From contig OZ374566.1 of assembly GCA_977862235.1 (NCBI GenBank), forward strand, positions 806,001 to 870,000: 64,000 bases of DNA, written 5' to 3'. The notes under the pieces are model-generated. The model worked only from the letters and a program-made list of their open reading frames with translations, did not search any database and had not been told where the DNA came from. The stretch comes from Dudresnaya verticillata. Its lineage: Eukaryota. The translations under genes were made by a program, and so were the position numbers. Of this stretch, positions 62,842 through 64,000 are shown in pieces. Every line of letters starts with the position of its first letter. Positions within the stretch are counted from its first letter, which is position 1.

Positions 62842-64000
62842 CACCACTACAGATCAACTGCACGCTGCACGCTTCCCAGTGATATGCTTCACAAGCTGTT
62901 GATATCCGGAGGCGGAGATTAATCGCCGCGATGAGCCCAAGTTGAGTGCAATGGAAGCGTCGTTGTCACCAGGTTGAAACGGAGATAACGCGAGGAGCTA
63001 AGTAGATCGCAACAATCAACCGTTGAGTTGCTGCGGAAAGCCTGCCGACTCGGCACGGCACTGCTTAGTTGCTGTGGAAACCCTCTGCTGGCGGGCAAGA
63101 AAGGGGACAGCTCACTTTCAAGGTCACAGCAAGTGAGGCGTAACAGTGAGGCCTTGGTGTTGGGCGGGATATTCGGTGGATCCGAAGGCAGTCCGGAATG
63201 GTGTTGGTGTCAATTTTATTTGATTTTGCGTGCGTGTAACAGCAGGGAGGCCAATCTCGACCTAGCGCGGGGGAACCGAAGGCAGTCCAACGTGGTGAAT
63301 CAAATTGATGGGCTGAAACATTGTAGATACCTTTTGAGGGAAATACTGTACAGTATTCGTCTTGAAGTGGTTGTTCCCGGGGCAACAATGGTTCGACTGA
63401 CAACCATCACTGGGGTCACTGGGACAGGATCAGGTGCCCTGGAGGTTTCCCTGCACCCACAACGTCTGAATTCTCCCAGCAACCCTCCTGTCCCTAATGT
63501 GGCACCGTCGGCAAAAAAGACAGTGCGGAGTTTTGAAATGCTCGTATCTTCGCTTCTGCTCCGGGATACGGGTTTTTTTTGGCTGGCTTCATACTGTAGA
63601 ATACTCTTTCAGTCTACATAGTGTCTGGTAAAAGAATGAGCCAGTGTTCCATAGTTTTCATGCAGAAAACGTGAAAGACGGCATCGCCAGTATTACCAGA
63701 AACAGGCTTGATGATCTTCCATGTTCGAAGGCTGCCTCTCTGCCTAGTGACCCGAAGCTCTTGTTGCTTTTATCAGCTCTCCGGCCGCAACTTCTTGAAA
63801 CGAAGGGCAGTAACGCAGCAGACCCGTACGGATATTCCGGGATGTTGCCGCAGCCAAAACATCCATACCTCGAACATCGTCCTCATTTATTTAATCCACC
63901 ACAACAGCGTCTTCGGCGCACGCTGAGAGCTAATCTCCAATGTTGCCGTTTCCATGACGCGAAGAGGCTTTAGCACAGAACTCCTTATCAGTTCGACGCA

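Larger units (their letters stand above)
59227..63044. repeat. Tandem segmental duplication: ~59227-60867 repeated at ~61404-63044
   Basis: Nearly identical sequence at a constant offset of 2177 nt; both copies end at ...gctgcggaaagcctg. Confidence 0.95.

Noticed and set aside
63028..63973. 197-aa and 109-aa ORFs at the window end
   Set aside because: Non-ATG starts and no domain recognised.
1..64000. tRNA, rRNA, CRISPR arrays, intact transposons
   Set aside because: No cloverleaf or A/B-box pair, rRNA signature, repeat-spacer array, or RT/integrase/transposase motif was seen by eye. Small ncRNAs could have been missed.

Overview
Compact eukaryotic nuclear DNA, most likely from a florideophyte red alga. 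This is inferred from the few short GT-AG introns with CTRAC branch points, plastid-type N-termini and a carbohydrate sulfotransferase. About 24 genes are supported. Recognisable ones include FBXO9, mitochondrial PDH E1 alpha and E1 beta, a G1-type cyclin, NUP42, GINS2/PSF2, DNAJA plus an unprocessed pseudogene, PRP19, a caprin-like protein, BTF3, TyrA, a Cof-type HAD hydrolase, EMC6, DUF1295 and ERCC6/CSB. The most notable observations are: (1) a secreted, 6-Cys, extremely cationic prepro-peptide with a defensin-like layout (35270-35548); (2) a tail-to-tail carbohydrate-sulfotransferase / DxD-glycosyltransferase cassette that has tandemly duplicated, a candidate sulfated-galactan module (57975-63044); (3) a ~425-nt imperfect fold-back with three 15-25 nt paired blocks (494-919); (4) a ~6.2 kb CpG/microsatellite-rich non-coding island with a G36 tract directly upstream of the cyclin; (5) a perfect 22-bp hairpin with the EMC6 stop codon at its apex; and (6) a spliced 41-aa membrane microprotein missed by the ORF track. 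All family calls come from motif recognition by eye; no database searches were run.
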